This document shows, piece after piece, positions 61,361 to 64,000 of a DNA stretch of 64,000 bases (the first letter of the stretch is position 1; every line of letters begins with the position of its first letter). Location of the stretch: assembly GCA_000004985.1 (NCBI GenBank), contig GG738859.1. One strand, given 5' to 3'. Position numbers and translations under genes: made by a program. Under the pieces are notes generated by a model that was not told the DNA's origin, did no database searches, and worked only from the letters and a program-made list of their open reading frames with translations. This DNA is from Naegleria gruberi (taxonomy: Eukaryota).

Positions 61361-64000
61361 ATGCTTCCATCAACACCACAGCCAACAACAGGCAATCTAT
61401 CAAAACTGTTATCGATGGACAAGGAGGTGATAAACTTGTTCCGAGAACAGATTAAACCACTCTGTTCCGAGTTGGCCTCCCTCTTGCAACAAATATCATA
61501 TCCTCTATCGGTATCAATCACTAAAAGTCTAATTAATAATATTACAAAATTAAAAGAATTAATTGATAATAGTACAAATGATATGGATGTATTTTTGGAT
61601 TATATTACATTTCCACTTTTATTAATATTGGAAAAGGATTATATTTTTAGAAGAAAGCAATATACCGCAAATGGAATACCTGTAAGAATTTTGGAAAATA
61701 CTTTGGATTGTCTTGCTAGCTGTTTTGAGAAGGTGAATAGTATGGATCAATTGGAGAAATTCATAGCACTCTATCAGTCACTTTTCATAATACATGTTAC
61801 TTATCCAGATGATGTCAACACAAGTGGAAGTACAGAGCTTTTCACTTCTACGTCAGTTGGTTCTGGAGAAGAATTGAAAACATCAATTATCAATTCTTTC
61901 AGGAAACTTATCAATTCAAAGTGGAACCATTATTCTTCACAAAATGGATCACTTTTCACATTACACACGACAAGTTTATTTGTTAGTAAGATTTTGGATG
62001 TCACAACAAAGGAGAGAAATAGAGAATTGGTGGAACTTTCAGTGAGAACAATTTGTGATCTATTGCAGGTAACAAAGATTGCAATTTCACATAAGGATCC
62101 ATCAGAATTCTCAAATATTATTGATGGAATTTTCCCTGGACTGATCAGTCAAGTTTGTAAATTGATCATTCAACCACCATATATTTCTACAAAGGTTCAG
62201 TGTGCTGCTTTTGAGCTATTTTCATTAATAACATGTATGAACTGTGCAGATTCTATTAACATTGCACCAAATAGCACAGAAATTGGAAATATTATGGAAG
62301 GAGGATCTGTAACCATTGAGACTTTATCTAATGCTGTTTTTTCGATTGACGAAAAGAATAAGAATAATGGAAAATTTGAAAAGTTTGAACCATTTCTAAA
62401 GAAGGTGTTTAGCATGGAGGTTTATTCACTGTATGGATCTAGCGTTTCTATTGATGATGTGACAGAAATTCAGCAATGTATATTGGACAAGTGCTCAATA
62501 ATTCTCGCTGAGTGCAATCAAACTCTCAATAGTTGCTCTTCTTGCTTGGTTGAGTGCCTTTTGGCTGGTGGAAGGAAAATTGAGCTTGCAGAATTTTCAA
62601 ACGATTCTCAAGACAGTTTCATACAACTCGTCAAGTCCATCCCTAATATCTGTAAAACTACTACCAATGAAAGGCAGAAAGTAAGCACCTATAATTTATT
62701 CCACAACTATTTGGATTTTATATTGCAAACAGAGAATGGTATCGAGTTTGTCTTTTCAGAGCAAATAATGCACGAGCTTTTACTTTCCCTAATGATTTCT
62801 CTCCAAATGGATCGATACAATCCAATTACAGAGGAAAATGAATACCCTAAGAAATCATTCCAACATTTTGTTGATGACAGAATGATTCAAGTTGTCTATA
62901 ATATTTGTAAATTAATTGGAAAACAGCTTGGAGAGAAATCAACAACTTACATTGACTATTTATTGAACTTGTCTGTCACAGCAAAATCAGCAGAACATTC
63001 CTATAAGAATGAAGCAATTTTAATTGTGAATTGTATCTTGGAAGGCATACTGCAACGAGATACCACAACTGAAGAGAGCAAACTAAAAAGTTGCATCAAT
63101 TCTCTCGTTGATAATATCAGTGAGAGACTAAATGAAAACTCATCAGAATCAGTAGAAACCAACTGCTTACTATTGGAAACTATTAGTATTGTTTGTAGAT
63201 TTATTGAGAGAAAGGAAGAGGAAAGAGACATGTTCTTGCTTAAAATATTATATCCAATACTGAATCAATTGGGATATTCATCCATTCATATTACGCAGAG
63301 CTGTTTCAAGACTATTGCTAATATTTCCTTCTTCTTTTATCCAAATAACAACTTTACACCAAGAGAGAATGTTATGAATATCTTGGTTTCAAATTTTGAT
63401 TACATGATTGATGATATCAGATACAGACTCAAATATTTATCTGTCTATCCTCACATACCACGTGTTTTGAATACCCTATTCGAATTCAATGTGATGGGTA
63501 AAAGATTTGAAGAGAAATCGAATGCCACGCAATATATCAATACTGTGACCATAGTGGAAGATTGCATTCAAAGTGTTTTCAATGCTATCGATCAGCAGAC
63601 CTTTGAAAAATCATATTCCAAATCTGCCTTCTCAACTCTCTTCTCTGTTCTTGGTAATATTATCAAAACTATTAATATTCTGAAAATAGAAAGAGAAAAA
63701 TTGGATATTAGTGGCAAAAAGGAACTCTCAGAAAAGGAAATTGAAACCGTGAAATCTATTTTACAAAAACTTCAACATTTTATGAACAGTTCACAAAATA
63801 CATTGATTACCTCCGTTTCATTCTTGTCAATCATAGAGAATGCCATTAATATGTTCCAAAACAGTAATATTAGAGATTTTGATGATAGTACCACTGGAAA
63901 TAAGATTCTACCAAGTCTACATATTTTGTGGCCAATGCTGATGACTCATCTTGTTCAAAAGAGAACTGCCATTCCTCTAAAACAAAGAACCATTGAATTG
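61361..64000 (+). CDS. TTI1: Large HEAT/ARM-repeat protein, TTI1 (Tel2-interacting protein 1)-like. Single open reading frame running off the window end (at least 880 codons).
   Basis: ATG at 61361 (AAAAAATG context), 39 bp after the HAUS6-like stop. No stop codon to position 64000; absent from the ORF track because it is edge-truncated. DMDVFLDYITFPLLLILEKDY...RILENTLDCLASCF resembles human TTI1 [20 protein letters not shown]...LIQSVVECLTFVL. FPGLISQVCKLIIQPPYISTKVQCAAFELFSLIT resembles [34 protein letters not shown]. Confidence 0.55.
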   Translation, partial: MLPSTPQPTTGNLSKLLSMDKEVINLFREQIKPLCSELASLLQQISYPLSVSITKSLINNITKLKELIDNSTNDMDVFLDYITFPLLLILEKDYIFRRKQYTANGIPVRILENTLDCLASCFEKVNSMDQLEKFIALYQSLFIIHVTYPDDVNTSGSTELFTSTSVGSGEELKTSIINSFRKLINSKWNHYSSQNGSLFTLHTTSLFVSKILDVTTKERNRELVELSVRTICDLLQVTKIAISHKDPSEFSNIIDGIFPGLISQVCKLIIQPPYISTKVQCAAFELFSLITCMNCADSINIAPNSTEIGNIMEGGSVTIETLSNAVFSIDEKNKNNGKFEKFEPFLKKVFSMEVYSLYGSSVSIDDVTEIQQCILDKCSIILAECNQTLNSCSSCLVECLLAGGRKIELAEFSNDSQDSFIQLVKSIPNICKTTTNERQKVSTYNLFHNYLDFILQTENGIEFVFSEQIMHELLLSLMISLQMDRYNPITEENEYPKKSFQHFVDDRMIQVVYNICKLIGKQLGEKSTTYIDYLLNLSVTAKSAEHSYKNEAILIVNCILEGILQRDTTTEESKLKSCINSLVDNISERLNENSSESVETNCLLLETISIVCRFIERKEEERDMFLLKILYPILNQLGYSSIHITQSCFKTIANISFFFYPNNNFTPRENVMNILVSNFDYMIDDIRYRLKYLSVYPHIPRVLNTLFEFNVMGKRFEEKSNATQYINTVTIVEDCIQSVFNAIDQQTFEKSYSKSAFSTLFSVLGNIIKTINILKIEREKLDISGKKELSEKEIETVKSILQKLQHFMNSSQNTLITSVSFLSIIENAINMFQNSNIRDFDDSTTGNKILPSLHILWPMLMTHLVQKRTAIPLKQRTIEL

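Noticed and set aside
1-64000. Prokaryotic interpretation: operons, defence systems, CRISPR arrays, mobile elements
   Set aside because: The sequence has spliceosomal introns, eukaryotic tRNAs with Pol III T-run terminators, A-rich Kozak contexts, and eukaryote-specific genes (TAF9, MED4, CCDC22, fimbrin). No repeat-spacer arrays, terminal inverted repeats or integrase/transposase ORFs were seen.
1-64000. Ciliate (TAA/TAG = Gln) or other non-standard genetic code
   Set aside because: Long conserved genes (Tsr1 823 aa, glucosidase I 833 aa, TypA 713 aa) read through in the standard code with TAA/TAG as terminators at the expected protein ends.

Overview
This window is eukaryotic nuclear DNA, roughly 33-36% GC by eye, and very gene-dense. 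I count about 47 protein-coding genes and 5 tRNA genes in 64 kb. Intergenic spacers are often only 22-300 bp. Start codons sit in an A-rich context (AAAAATG). No prokaryotic operon structure, CRISPR array or obvious transposon was seen.

The ORF track uses alternative start codons (TTG/GTG/CTG shown as M), so I moved several starts to the first real ATG. The track also omits ORFs that run off the window edge; two real genes are hidden that way (LRR protein at 1..1279 minus, TTI1-like at 61361..64000 plus). I mapped about 20 short spliceosomal introns by hand by restoring reading frames and conserved protein alignments. They are 39-182 nt, mostly 39-57 nt, with donors GTAAGT, GTAGGT, GTATGT, GTTAGT or GTTTGT, a CTAAC/TTAAC-like branch motif 5-15 nt upstream of a YAG acceptor. 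Junction coordinates are hand-derived and may be off by a few nt.

Recognisable gene content:
- Plant-type serine decarboxylase.
- A secreted CxxS thioredoxin-fold protein.
- Tim17/23-family translocase, KXD1/BORCS4-like, fimbrin and Tsr1.
- Cytidine deaminase, CCDC22 (Commander), a macro-domain protein, TAF9 and a THOC3-like WD40 protein.
- RIB43A-like ciliary protein, a Zn2Cys6 protein, and organellar-type TypA/BipA.
- Bacterial-type HisRS, NSDHL/ERG26-like, two twin-Cx9C proteins (Cmc1-like and COX19), MED4 and a BTB-ARF fusion.
- A NYN-domain protein, five F-box proteins (one fused to cyclophilin), GH63 glucosidase I and prefoldin-1.
- CSL4, nucleoside hydrolase, cytosolic MDH, SMPD4-like, a prominin-like pentaspan protein, HAUS6-like and TTI1-like.
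- tRNAs Phe-GAA, Asn-GTT (two copies), Thr-AGT and Glu-TTC.

Together these imply a ciliated, aerobic-mitochondriate, compact-genome protist, possibly a heterolobosean-like amoeboflagellate; that is inference only. The observations most worth a second look are the BTB-ARF fusion with a natural switch-II Gln-to-Leu change, the F-box-cyclophilin fusion, the local F-box gene cluster with a 74-bp bidirectional promoter, two coiled-coil ORFs that are probably one spliced gene, the intron-containing bacterial-type HisRS, and the prominin-like protein.
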